Shown here: positions 41,001-55,061 of the stretch, piece by piece
Numbering within the stretch: the stretch's first letter is position 1
Layout of the letters: each line of letters opens with the position of its first letter
Origin: Eledone cirrhosa
Taxonomy: Eukaryota
NCBI GenBank assembly: GCA_964016885.1
Contig: CAXHJY010001432.1
Span: forward strand, 1-64,000
Reading direction: 5' to 3'
Length of the DNA: 64,000 bases
Position numbers and translations under genes: made by a program
Notes under the pieces: model-generated
The model's input: the letters and a program-made list of their open reading frames with translations, nothing else
What the model was told of the DNA's origin: nothing
The model's database searches: none

Positions 41001-43639
41001 TCCGACCCTCTACCGACACTGCCAATCCACCACCCTAGCATCGTGTCCGACCCTCTACCGACACTGCCAATCCACCACCCTAGCATGGTGTCCGTCCCTC
41101 TACCGATACTGCCAATCCTCCGCCCTAGCATGGTGTCCGTCCCTCTACCGACACTGCCAATCCACCACCCTAGCATCGTGTCCGACCCTCTACCGACACT
41201 GCCAATCCTCCGCCCTAGCATGGTGTCCGTCCCTGTACCGATACTGCCAATCCACCACCCTAGCATGGTGTCCATCCCTCTACCGACACTGCCAATCCAC
41301 CACCCTAGCATGGTGTCCATCCCTCTACCGACACTGCCAATCCACCACCCTAGCATCGTGTCCGACCCTCTACCGACACTGCCAATCCTCCGCCCTAGCA
41401 TGGTGTCCGACCCTCTACCGACACTGCCAATCCACCACCCTAGCATCGTGTCCGACCCTCTACCGACACTGCCAATCCACCACCCTAGCATCGTGTCCGA
41501 CCCTCTACCGACACTGCCAATCCACCACCCTAGCATGGTGTCCATCCCTCTACCGATACTGCCAATCCTCCGCCCTAGCATGGTGTCCGACCCTCTACCG
41601 ACACTGCCAATCCACCACCCTAGCATGGTGTCCGTCCCTCTACCGATACTGCCAATCCACCACCCTAGCATGGTGTCCATCCCTCTACCGACACTGCCAA
41701 TCCACCGCCCTAGCATGGTGTCCGTCCCTCTACCGATACTGCCAATCCACCACCATAGCATGGTGTCCATCCCTCTACCGACACTGCCAATCCACCACCC
41801 TAGCATGGTGTCCGTCCCTCTACCGATACTGCCAATCCTCCGCCCTAGCATGGTGTCCATCCCTCTACCGACACTGCCAATCCACCGCCCTAGCATGGTG
41901 TCCATCCCTCTACCGACACTGCCAATCCACCGCCCTAGCATGGTGTCCATCCCTCTACCGACACTGCCAATCCACCACCCTAGCATGGTGTCCGACCCTC
42001 TACCGACACTGCCAATCCACCACCCTAGCATCGTGTCCGACCCTCTACCGACACTGCCAATCCACCACCCTAGCATCGTGTCCGACCCTCTACCGACACT
42101 GCCAATCCACCACCCTAGCATGGTGTCCGACCCTCTACCGAGACTGCCAATTCACCACCCTAGCATCGTGTCCGACCCTCTACCGATACTGCCAATCCAC
42201 CACCCTAGCATGGTGTCCGACCCTCTACCGACACTGCCAATCCACCACCCTAGCATGGTGTCCGACCCTCTACCGAGACTGCCAATCCACCACCCTAGCA
42301 TCGTGTCCGACCCTCTACCGACACTGCCAATCCACCACCCTAGCATGGTGTCCGACCCTCTACCGACACTGCCAATCCACCACCCTAACATGGTGTCCGA
42401 CCCTCTACCGACACTGCCAATCCACCACCCTAGCATGGTGTCCATCCCTCTACCGATACTGCCAATCCACCACCCTAGCATGGTGTCCGACCCTCTACCG
42501 ACACTGCCAATCCAGCACCCTAGCATCGTGTCCGACCCTCTACCGACACTGCCAATCCACCACCCTAGCATGGTGTCAGACCCTCTACCGACACTGCCAA
42601 TCCACCACCCTAACATGGTGTCCGACCCTCTACCGACACTGCCAATCCACCACCCTAGCATGGTGTCCGACCCTCTACCGACACTGCCAATCCAGCACCC
42701 TAGCATCGTGTCCGACCCTCTACCGACACTGCCAATCCAGCACCCTAGCATCGTGTCCGACCCTCTACCGACACTGCCAATCCACCACCCTAGCATGGTG
42801 TCAGACCCTCTACCGACACTGCCAATCCACCACCCTAACATGGTGTCCGACCCTCTACCGACACTGCCAATCGACCACCCTAGCATGGTGTCCGACCCTC
42901 TACCGACACTGCCAATCCAGCACCCTAGCATCGTGTCCGACCCTCTACCGACACTGCCAATCCAGCACCCTAGCATCGTGTCCGACCCTCTACCGACACT
43001 GCCAATCCAGCACCCTAGCATCGTGTCCGACCCTCTACCGACACTGCCAATCCAGCACCCTAGCATCGTGTCCGACCCTCTACCGACACTGCCAATCCAC
43101 CACCCTAGCATCGTGTCCGACCCTCTACCGACACTGCCAATCCAGCACCCTAGCATCGTGTCCGACCCTCTACCGACACTGCCAATCCACCACCCTAACA
43201 TGGTGTCCGTCCCTCTACCGACACTGCCAATCCAGCACCCTAGCATCGTGTCCGACCCTCTACCGACACTGCCAATCCACCACCCTAGCATCGTGTCCGA
43301 CGCTCTACCGACACTGCCAATCCACCACCCTAGCATGGTGTCAGACCCTCTACCGACACTGCCAATCCACCACCCTAACATGGTGTCCGACCCTCTACCG
43401 ACACTGCCAATCCACCACCCTAGCATGGTGTCCGACCCTCTACCGACACTGCCAATCCAGCACCCTAGCATCGTGTCCGACCCTCTACCGACACTGCCAA
43501 TCCACCACCCTAGCATGGTGTCCGACCCTCTACCGACACTGCCAATCCAGCACCCTAGCATCGTGTCCGACCCTCTACCGACACTGCCAATCCACCACCC
43601 TAGCATGGTGTCCGACCCTCTACCGACACTGCCAATCCA
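34966..43639. repeat. 45-bp tandem satellite, ~193 units
   Basis: Unit AGCATGGTGTCCGACCCTCTACCGACACTGCCAATCCACCACCCT; one 4-nt deletion near 36427. Confidence 0.97.
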
Positions 43640-43699
43640 ACAAAAGATAATGAAAATGATACAAAAAATGTAAAAATAAGTAAATCCCAAATGAAATAT

Positions 43700-44635
43700 G
43701 TTATGTGAGAGGGGGAGGGTGTTGATAAGAGATGGAGGTATATATATATATATGGGTGGTGGTGGGGTGGAGGTTGGAGAGTAGGTAGTTGGGTAGATGT
43801 GTGGGGGTGGAGGTTGGAGGGTAGGTAGATGTGTGGGTGGTGCAAGGGTGGAGGTTGGAGGGTAGATAGATGTGTAGGGGTTTAGTTGATGGTGGGTAGA
43901 TGATAGGTAGATGTGTGGTTGGCTGGTTGGTTGGTTGGGGAAGGGTGCGTGGTTGGTTGATGGTGGGTGGTTGGGGGGAGGTTATTGATGGTGGGTGTTT
44001 GTGTGATGGGTGGATTGGTGGGGAATTGGTTGATGGTTGTGTGGTGGGTGGATGTGTGGTGGTTTGGTTGATGGTGGGTGGATTGGTGGTGGTTTGGTTG
44101 ATGGTCGGTGGTGAGAGGAGGGTGGTTGGTTGGCTTGCTGGTAGGTTTGGGAGGGTGGGTAGTTGGTTGATGGTTGGTTGGAGGAGGGTGGGTGGTTGCT
44201 TTCCTGGGAAGTTAGGGAGGGTGTGTGCTGGCTTGGTGGGTATGTGTATGGATAGTTTGGTGCGTGTGTTAGTTGTTTTTTTTTGGGGGGGGGGAAGTGT
44301 GGTAGAAGGGCTTGTTTTGTTGATGGGTAAGGGGATTGATTATTTGGTTGGACAGTGGCTAGGTGAGTAGATGATTGGGTGGCTTGGTGGTTAGTTGATT
44401 GTTTACTGGGGGAGAGGCTTGTTTGGTTGGTAGGAGGGCGGGGGTTGGCTTGTTGCTTGTTTGGTGGGATGTGAGGTTTCGTTGGCTGTTTCGCTGGTAG
44501 GTGAGGGGTTTTGTTTTATGGCTGGTGAGGTGTGGGGTTTCGTTGGCTGGCTGGCTGGTAGGGTAGAGGGTTTGTTGGTTGGTTGGTGGGGTAGGGGTTT
44601 GTTGGCTGGTTGGTGGGTGGTTTGGTTATTCACTG
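43700..44635 (+). repeat. G/T-rich low-complexity tract (GGTTGG/GGTGG)
   Basis: Strong G+T strand skew. Confidence 0.8.
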
Positions 44636-45345
44636 TTTACCAAAAGGTGTCTGTTGAATGATTGGGTTGGTAGGTCTTGCTTCTTGTGTTATGTCCTTGT
44701 CATGTTAACCGACTTTTTTCTTATATATATATATATTGTTTTTCTACCCAGTCCCCGTCAGCGTCTCCTGTTCCAGTATAAATGATTTCTGACAACTTTA
44801 AGAAAACCCAGAAACCTCTCGAAACAAACAACAGAATAATAAATAGAACACGTAAAGAATAAAATAAGAAGAAGCATGAAAAGAAAATGTATGAAATGAA
44901 CTGATGATGAGCAGATAGTGAAGTGGCAAGATATGTTGGGTAAAATGGAAGAGAGAGAAGAGAAGAAAGGGAGGACAGACGAACATATCTACCACCATAA
45001 GATAGAAATGACAAAAATAGATAAAATAAAGGACACACACAAATATAAAGGAACATATATAATAATTCTTTCTAACATAGAAACAAGGCCTGAAGTTTGT
45101 TAGGAAGGGTTTGGGGGAAAGTCGATTACACCGACGTCAGTATTTCGTTGGTACTTTATGTTATCGACCCCCGCTGTTTGTGTCGTATATATATATTTAT
45201 TAAAATAACAGATTAAAGTTTAAGCAAAGAATCGGTGCTTTCACCCTTAACGGGATCTTCTGAAACTAAAAGAATCAATCTGTAAACGCAGAACTAAATA
45301 TTTCGAGCCCTCTTTGGATTTTAGTCTTCAATTTTATTATTATTA

Positions 45346-45410
<65 letters not shown>

Positions 45411-45559
45411 AATATATATATAAATATATATATATATATTTTTTTTTAGCTGTCGAAACGATTCTTTCTAATATAGTCACACTCTATTACCCCAAATATC
45501 GAGTACTCTTTTGGGCAATGATCTAACTAGTTTAAATCCTGGTTTAACCCTGACACACT

Positions 45560-45603
<44 letters not shown>

Positions 45604-46339
45604 CCGCTGTCTCTCTACGGATCTTTAACCAATTTCATAAGCTATTTTATATCAACTAACGATAATTGCAGTTATTTTCTGCTACTGAACTTCCTACATT
45701 TTCTGATACATTTTTATTTCCTCGGCACTTAGTAAGTTCGATAATTTTAGCCTCACACACCCACACATGCTGAGACCAGAGAGACCACTAATCATGGGAG
45801 TACTCAATGAATGGGGAGAGATACAGTGAGTGATCGACCTGATTTGCATATTAGCAGACTGGCTGGTCAGTCAGATCTGCATATTAGCAGATCCGCTGAT
45901 CAGCTAGATTTGCATATCAGCAGACTGGTCAATCAGTTTCCTGTATACGAATGAACAATGGCCGGCTTTGAAACATTCAAATAAAAAAAATAATAGATTA
46001 AAGTTTAAGCTAACCGTTTTCATTTAATGATAATTAAATATGAAGACTAAACGATATCTACTTTTAGGAGAGTTCAACATTTCCTCGGGCATAAAAATGC
46101 ATAAAAATCATATTTTAAAAAATTCTTCTGCTCACAAGCCTCGAATAATTACCTCCAGCTTATTAAATTTTGCTAATCTATCTCAGGCGAAATTTTATTT
46201 TATTTTAATAACAATTAATTTTCTGTATACGTTATAAAACATTATACATGGCAAAAAAGTACATTACTAGAACTCCCATACGTTACAAAATAAATAGGAT
46301 GGGTTAGGGTCACAATGTGTAAACTAAACAACTAATTCG

Positions 46340-46625
46340 GGTAAGGTCATGAGTGCGATTTCCGGTGTCACGTTGTGTCCTTGAGCAAGACACTTTATTT
46401 CACGTTGCTCCAGTCTACACTTAGCAAAAATGAGTTGTATCTGTAATTCGAAGAACCGGCCTTGTCACATTCTGTGTCATGCTGAATCTCCCTGAGAATT
46501 ACGTTAAAGTTACATGTGATTGTTGAATGCTCAGCCACTTACAAATTAATTTCACGAGCATGCTATTCCATTGATAGTATCAACTGAAAGTATCAACATT
46601 CGTCGTTGCAACCGACGGAGTACCA
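46340..46625 (+). mobile_element. Second SINE family with a CORE/Meta-like central domain
   Basis: TGTGTCCTTGAGCAAGACACTTTATTTCACG is shared with 59830-60030. Confidence 0.6.
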
Positions 46626-46827
46626 GTATCTCTATATCTAGTCAGGATTTAGCTATTAAAAAAAAAAAACTGATCGATAAAAGTGATAAGAAGGCTTCGA
46701 AATAACTTCGTTGTGATAGAAAATGGCCATTGTGCCTGACTATTGTGGAAGGTGTCACCCGCATCAGTAGGCTTCGTGGCACAAACGGAAGAAATAAATC
46801 TCAATATAAGGGTCGAGTGATATATAC

Positions 46828-47276
46828 TTCACTGTACAATGTAGCTTTCCGGATATTATAAAGTATGTTTATTTATGTATATATATATGTTTATATATAT
46901 ATATATATATATATACAAACACTTTATAATACCCGGAAAGCTACATTGTACACTCAAGTGTATATATATATATATAACGAAGGAAGTGTGGTAAGGAAGC
47001 ACCAGAGTTCTTAATACTTAGGGTAGTATAGTGGGTAATAGGAAAATGTTTAAATAGAAAATGCTCAAGCCGTTTCGACGGCTATTTCTGGACTACTACG
47101 TATTTTAATTGTTTCTCCGGCGAACAGCTCGAAGTGCGATCTGTTTGTGGATCGAACTTGCGAATCCAGAGTCAGGTTCGATCCACAAACAGATCGCACC
47201 TCGAGCTGTTCGCCGGAGGAACAATTGTAATACGTAATAAATTGTGGTCCGATGCATCACTGATTCTTCGTTTTCC

Positions 47277-47314
<38 letters not shown>

Positions 47315-47516
47315 AACAAATAAGACCCCGACGGCTGAGCTCAAGCCGTTTCGACGGCTAATTCTGGACTGAATTAACCGTCGAAACGGCTTGAGCGCAG
47401 CCGTCGGGGTCTTACTTGTTCCTATTACCCACTCTACTACCCTAAGTATTGAGTACTTTGGTGCGTTATGGTCCACCTGGTTCCTTACCACATCTCCTTC
47501 GTTATATATATATCTA

Positions 47517-47568
<52 letters not shown>

Positions 47569-47718
47569 TATTTCACCGTATTTTTGACTAAAGGAATTTT
47601 AGCCTGATGATGGGGTTTAGAACCCTCAGATAAATGGAAAAAGATGAGTATTGACGTACATGTACGTTCTAAACCCCATTATCAGGCTAAAATTCCTTTA
47701 GTCAAAAATACGGTGAAA
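46828..47718. repeat. Cluster of four unrelated fold-backs (46828-46950, 47097-47236, 47310-47425, 47571-47718)
   Basis: Each arm pair was checked as reverse complements; (TA)n tracts lie between or inside them. Confidence 0.85.
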
Positions 47719-47769
47719 GCTATTCTATTTTCTAATTTCAAACCTGCTCACTGTTTCAAAACATACTTA

Positions 47770-48339
47770 CTTGATATATATATGCATATATATACATATA
47801 TGTATACACATATATACATATATATATATACACACATATATATACATATATACACACATATATATACACATATATATATACACATATATATATACACACA
47901 TATATATACATACACACATATATATACATATATATACATACATATACATATATATACATATATATACATACATATACATACATATACATACATATACATA
48001 TATATACATACATATACATACATATACATACATATACATATATATACATACATATACATATATATACATATATATACATATATATACATACATATATATG
48101 CATACATATACATATACATATATATACATACATATACATACATACATATACATATATATACATACATATACATACATACATATACATATATATACATACA
48201 TATACATACATATATATATATATACATACATATACATATATATACATACATACATATATATACATACATACATATATATACATACATACATATATATACA
48301 TACATACATATATATACATACATACATATATATACATAC

Positions 48340-48388
<49 letters not shown>

Positions 48389-48390
48389 TA
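47770..48390. repeat. (TACATA)n/(TA)n compound microsatellite
   Basis: Direct low-complexity repeat. Confidence 0.9.
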
Positions 48391-49699
48391 TTATATAAGA
48401 GAATACTTACGAGTATCGCATGTTATTGTCATAGAGTTTACCTCTCCAGGGGTTTTAACCGTACTCCCCACGCTCATCAATTGTAGGTTGGTGAAGCTAT
48501 TTACCCCCATAGTTGGGGTGGATGGTTGTTGACACTGTGGAGTTCATCCACTTTCATCTAGTTCTTTTTTTATACTGGTGGGTTTCCACTTGCCCTCCTC
48601 GCCAGTTATATATATGTGTGTGTTTCTGTTTGAGTGTGCGTGATATCTTTTGTGTGGTGGGAGCATTGGTGTGTGTAATATATACTTGCTTTGGGGCATA
48701 TGACATATATGCACAGAAATGTATGTATGTACCTGTAACTCCTTATAGATTCGTAGGCGTACTGTCGTGACATACAGTATGTCTTGGCCCCTTTAAACCT
48801 AGCGGTGGCCATCTCCTGGTGACAGCCGATTTCCCGAAGAGAAAGAGTGAGAGTGATAAATAGGAAGAGATATAGAGGAAGAATCAACCCCAATACTGAA
48901 TTGATTCTTCTTAATCGATCTCCAAAGGATGAAAGATAAAGTTGACATCGGCGGAATTTGAAGCAACCGCAAAACATTCAACCCGACTTTCTAACGACTC
49001 TACCAATTCAACACCTATGTACACACAGAAATATGTTTGATCCCCACACAAAACGACACGGACACCCACAGAAATAATTCTTTCGAACATTGACAGAAAT
49101 CCAGATATTTAGAGAAAGTGGAAAGATCCATTATATCAACGCCAATATTTGATTTGTACTTTATTTTGTTGATCCCGGCAAAAGGAAAAGAAAAATTGAC
49201 CTCGTCAGGCTAATCCACTCCCACCTCCCCAACAACAGCGACAAGCAGATTGTTTGGTTTGATATGTAATGAATCTTACGTTCATTTCTATAATGCTTGT
49301 TTCAGCTATGTTATTTCAGCTGAACTATATACTCATTGGATTATAGTGTGAGTGAACTGACTGAATCTTTAGAGCGTCGTGTATTGAACTCGTATTGAGT
49401 GTTATCTAAGAAGAGCTGTGTAATTGTTTAATTATTTAACGACAGCTAATCATATCACAATCACGTGATTCAAGGGTGTACTTTCTTTTTTGCCTATATA
49501 CCTATCCAACAGGTTCGAAGTACAGTTTGACTGTTTGAGGATTACACAATTATTTCTATCGTCACGGAATTACGTTCAGATTTGTTACTATTATATGCGA
49601 GCTTCAGCTTAGCAGTTTATTGTACTTCATTGTGTCGAAATAGAAAATTATAAACTACTGTTCCTTCTTCAATTACTTCCGTGCATAAGGAAATAAACA

Positions 49700-50293
49700 A
49701 GACACAAAAGGCTTTGTAGTATTTAATTACAGCTCATTACGTTCTGAGTTCAAATTCCAACGAAGTCAGCATTGCCTTTCATCCTTCTAGGTTCGATAAA
49801 TTAAACTAGACATTGAATCCTGGGATCGATGTAATCCATATGTCCTTACCCCAATTTTCTGGCCCTATACCAATACCAGAACAAAAGAATTACAGTGAAG
49901 ATGGAGGGCGGTGACATTGGCAGAATTGCTAGAGCATCGAACAAAATGTTTGAAGTATTTCTTCCGGCTCTTTACTCTCTGAGAAACCTTTCCCTTCCTC
50001 CTTCTGGGGTTGATAACATCAATTACGAACCACTTTCTGAGGTCGCTGTAATCGAATTTTCCTCCCCGTCAGCCATATTGCTGGCCTTGTGCCTAAATTA
50101 GGAATTACAATTTAAAAGGTGGTTAGGGCAATGAATAGCTAATATCGGTAAAGCATCGGAAAATATGCTTTATGGCATAGTTACGTCGCTTTACGTTCTG
50201 AGTTCAAATCCTGCCGAGGTTAGCTTTACCGTTCATCCTTACGAAATTGATCAAATAAAGTACTAGTCCCGCACTGGGGTCGATTTAATCGAC

Positions 50294-50325
<32 letters not shown>

Positions 50326-50575
50326 TTGTTGGCCTTGTGTCTAAATCAGAAACCATTGTTTAAAGGCGGTGGGTTGGTAGAGTGTTTTGAGCCTCAAACA
50401 GATGTTTTACAATATTTGTTCGGCTATTACGATCTAGATGCAAACCCGGCGGAGGTCAACTTTTCCTAGCATCCTTGCAAGGACGATAACAAAATACCAA
50501 TTAAGTACTGAGCTTCATATAATCGACATTCCTCTCCACACACGTGTTTGACCTTGTGTCTATATAAGAAACATT
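49700..50575 (+). mobile_element. Four head-to-tail diverged SINE copies
   Basis: SINE heads at ~49700, 49903, 50115 and 50362, each followed by a body or tail ending GCCTTGTG-like. Confidence 0.7.
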
Positions 50576-53429
50576 ACAGTGTGAGTGGATAGGATTTCCG
50601 CACATGATAGTATATACCCTTAACCTTAACTTAGATTTCAAACAGGCCCTGTCTCATACAAGTACAATCTATGAGATGGGGTTCAACCCTGTTACCAACT
50701 GTACATTAACAATTAGACCTGAAGTAAATGTCACTTGCCTGATACTGTCGGGTCACGAATAATGCCCCACCACCCACTTATTAATTTTCCAGATTTCTTC
50801 CACCACCCCCCTCGCTCGTATTACAACCCCCTCCCGCTTATTAAATTTTGCTCAGTTATCTCCGGCGAAATTTTATTTTAAGTAGTAGCATTCCTGCGAC
50901 AATTAATTTTCTTTAGATAGTAAAAAAAATATACGTGACAAAAAAAGGACATTACTAGAAACCCCCATACGTTATAAAATAAATATGATATGTTGGGGGC
51001 TTCAATGTGTAAACTAAACGACTAATTCTGGTTTTGTTTTTAAATTAACGGAGAGAACCTAGAAAAATTACCGATTTTTAACCACCAGCACCACCCCTCC
51101 TCTCTCCCTAATATTTGAAACCCCAGTGTATGTCATTTATTGGAATAGATCTCGATGCTTCCTTATTGCAAAGATTTGTTTTAAAACATTCTGCCATGCA
51201 ATACACACACATGTAAACCATACATATAAATAGTGTATCTATCAGTATAATTGTGGAAGTGTGGATATGCACACATAAACATACATATATATATATATAG
51301 TACATATAAATAGTGTATTTATCTGTGTAAAAGTGTGATCATATATACATTTATATTTGTGCAGGCGTATGACAAATTGAGGACACAACATTATAGCAGA
51401 GGAACTGTAAGAGTGATTATGGTGGTAATAAGGTCTTTTACAATGTCACACCTCCTCCAGCTCACCTAATTTCATCTGTCTTCCCTGTCCACTATCACTT
51501 TCCGCTTTCTCTGTCAACCCCCTTCCCCGTCTCCCTCTCTCTCAGTAGTCTCTTCTCCCTTTCTCCCTTCCCCGGTATCTTTCTCTTCAATTATTCCTTC
51601 TCAATGTGTTTCATTTTATTTATTTATCTCTTCACCCCCCTCGTGTCTCATATATCACTTAGCAGCTTTTTGCAATCCAACTCTCAACAGCCTAACATTG
51701 CAACATGTGCTGTAGAAGTTTATAAATAGACAGAGGGAATCCACCAACCAAACCTCCGTCTCACACCCAACACTGCACTCATATTTCGTCTATTGAAAAT
51801 GTCGCTTTTCAGTTTATTTAAGAATTGGGTAACCCTAAACACCGACCACCCCTTATGAGGATTATCACCAATATCAACAAGGGTGCTGTAATATTTGTGA
51901 CAGAAACACTATATCACTGTCACAAATGCTGCCGTTTCCTTTCTCCATGTACCGATTTCAAATCCCACCGCTGTAAACTTTGCTGTTAACCCTTTCCTCA
52001 GTTGGGGTTAATAAAATAAGTTTTATTCACATGTTGAGGTGGTCTATACACATACGTCCTCCACAAAGTTTTGATCATGCGCCAAAAGAAATAAATCAAC
52101 GTTATCGAGTATTCGAAGTAAAACTGGTAGGAAATGCCGAGGAATGCATATTACACGAGAAAAAAGTTACTAAAGCGACTACTAAAATATTTAATGCATT
52201 AAGCCAAGAAATTATAATTAATTATTAGTTTCTTAATTAAAAAGTTATCTCAGCATTAAAAAAAAAATAATTAGTTAAAATTTCCATATTTTTCAAAGTC
52301 AAAATATGTGTAATATTTTTAAAAGGGTAAAAGTAAAAGCCCTTTAATTCTTGAGTTGCAGGGACGCCGTCCTGACACACGGCGTATCTTGGGCATTTTA
52401 AACCTAGCAAAACCCATATTTTCCTAGTTCGTAACTCAGTCGATTTCTTCCAGAGAAAGTGATAAAAGGAGAGATAGGGGAAGAATTGACCCCAGTACTT
52501 GACTGGTACTTTATTTGTTCATCTTGAAAGGATGAAGAGCAAAGTTGACTTCGGTGGGATTTGAACACAGAGCTGTGAGCAAGAGGCAGTGTCGAGACAT
52601 ATTTTATCCGACGTCCTAACGGATCTGCTAATTCACCGCCGTATGTGTAATGTTTACTATGTACGAAATATTGCCTAGTTGACAGGAATTCATTTCAAGA
52701 AGAACAGGGATATTGAGCTGATCGTGATTTACCCAAACACGGTGAAATGGAACTGAAGTGTATTGAAGCAGGATTGAAAACTGATTTGCACAGATGACTT
52801 GTCGTAAGGTATTTATTTTTTGCCATGAAGGGCGTGAGGGTTAGACAGGGTCTCGTGGTGGGATAGGAGACCGTATGACTGACCTGTCAACTTGCTCTGT
52901 CCGATGGGGAGATCTCACACTCAATTTGGGGTCGTTGAGCGATGTCTTGTGAAAATGGGTATAGATTTCATTATGTAAAATACCACCATTTTGCCTCATT
53001 TCGGCGCACTTTTTTTCATTGTACTCCCCGTTTGGGCTTTTAAAGGTTGGAAGGTCTGGTATGAGGCGAGCTTCCATCGTTTTAACATCGCAATAAGACG
53101 TCTTCTAACTCATTTGTTAACGTTATGCTTGATAAAACTGTTTGTTTTGAGTTCTGTGGCAATGTAGAGGTAGACAAAGAACATACTATTCTGACAACAA
53201 GTAGTACTGAACATGTCACAACACGTCCAAGTATGACGGAAGATACGGACCAGTGGGGACTGCAGACTGCAAAACCCCCTAGAGTGACATCACAACAAAT
53301 TGTTGCAACAGTTGTAGGAACTTGATGGTGATGAAACTTATTTCTGGCTACATTGAGCTCTCTTTAAGAACATTTCTGAATGTTACTATGAGAAATTTTA
53401 AGGGTGCACATGAAGTCAATTGATATTTA

Positions 53430-53577
53430 CACTCGGGTCTCGAATAATCTTCTCCCCCACGTTAATTAATTTTTCAGATTTACCAGATTACCAATTTTCC
53501 AACTCCACCGCCTATTCCAACTCCTTCAATTATTCCAACTCCCAACTTATTCCCCCCTATTACTTCAGACCCGAGAG
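53430..53577. mobile_element. MITE with TIR ~CTCTCGGGTCTCGAA and TA TSD
   Basis: TA-CACTCGGGTCTCGAATAAT...TTCAGACCCGAGAG-TA. Related copies at ~46135, 50745-51125, 54455-54838 and 63192-63572. Confidence 0.7.
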
Positions 53578-53911
53578 TAGTCAGGTATGAAACTCTTACT
53601 ATGCACTATTCGGCTCTCTAATATATATTTTCAATGCTCCACTTAACAATTTCCCTATCAAAAATTAGCACCAAGTGGTTGTCACATGACGTGCTTTCCT
53701 GTTATATATATATATATATACATATGTGTATATATATGTGTGAGCGCACGTGTGGTTGTTGTTGTTGTTTAGCTTCAGGTCAATCCAGACCAAACCAATA
53801 GACAAGTGGTCAAATTAAATAATTTCCCTTTAAATATTTATTAATAAAATATCACATGATCCACATGACAGGTGCAATGTGTCCGAACACGAAAGAGCCG
53901 AACTCCCACTG

Positions 53912-54200
53912 TCATCGACTCCATCTCTCTCGCCTTCCCCATCTCTCTGTGTTAAGAGCAAATGGAGGCCCACGTGCTAGCCTCCCCACAGCCCCGGCGG
54001 ACAGAATGGAGAAGGCGTTTCCACGAAGGATGGTAAAGAAGATGCGCTGGAAGAGCCATTCCATCTCGCGAGGCTCACACCTGCGGCTGGCCAGCACAGC
54101 GCCTATGGTAGTAAGTAGGGAGGTAGCCCTAGAGCCAAGGATATCAGAAGTCTCCACTGCCAAGGGCACAACCACAAACCTGTCGGAGAGCGACCGGTAC
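53912..54200 (-). mobile_element. CRE-clade retrotransposon 3' fragment
   Basis: YRSLSDRFVVVPLAVETSDILG...REMEWLFQRIFFTILRGNAFSIL. Confidence 0.8.
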
Positions 54201-55061
54201 TAATACACTATAGCCGTCACTGTCCTTACATTTTAGCGATATATAACACTTTTATTTAATATGGTTTTTTATTAATCGATAGAGCATCTGAAATGTTTCT
54301 TCGTGGTATTTAGTTTCGGCCCTTTGCATACAGCGTTCAAATTCCGCCATGGTCAGCTTTCGAAGTCGATAAAATAAGTACCAGTTAACTAATGGATTTT
54401 GGATTATTGATATCTCCCGCTCCCTCAAATTTGTTGAACTTGTACCAACTCTAAGGTCTCGAATAATCCTCACCCCTCGCTCATCAATTTTTCAGATTTT
54501 TCCACCCAAAAACCCCGCTAATTTAATTTTGCTAATACATCTATTATTTTAAGTGGTAGCATTCTTGCGACAATTAATTGTCTTTATATAGTAAAAAAAA
54601 AAAGAAATACATGACAAAAAAGTACACTGCTAGAATTCCCATACCTTATAAAATAAATAGGATGGACTGGGGTCTCAATATGTAAACTAAACGTCTAATT
54701 CTGGGTTTTAAAACCTCAACCAGGACAACCTAGAAACATTACCGATCTAACCCCCCCCACACACACACATACACACACACTTATTCCATCACCCCCACTT
54801 AGTCCTCCAAACCAGATATTAATGGGGACACGAGAGTGACTTAGAAATAATTATTTACGAGGTCAACTTTGCGGTTTATCTTTCCAGAGAGGTTACAATA
54901 ATATACCAGCCATGTGCTGGTGTCGATATAATCCTTGTCGTCAAATTGCTGGCATTCTGCCTAAATATTAAGTATAATAAATAGATGGTAGCTTTTTATT
55001 ATAGCATTATTCTTGACAAAATACTGCAGCAATGCTGGTATAATCACTGCCTCCGTGTCTT

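Noticed and set aside
34966-43639. CRISPR array
   Set aside because: No unique spacers, no cas genes, eukaryotic context.
34937-43690. Giant ORFs (2897, 2406 and 1440 aa) as a Cys- or Pro-rich structural protein
   Set aside because: A 45-bp unit without stops is open in several frames on both strands, derives from a SINE head, and tolerates a 4-nt frameshift.
51721-51860. TATA box with a downstream AAAATG as a host first exon
   Set aside because: Only a 19-codon ORF and a weak donor; such motifs are expected by chance in AT-rich DNA.
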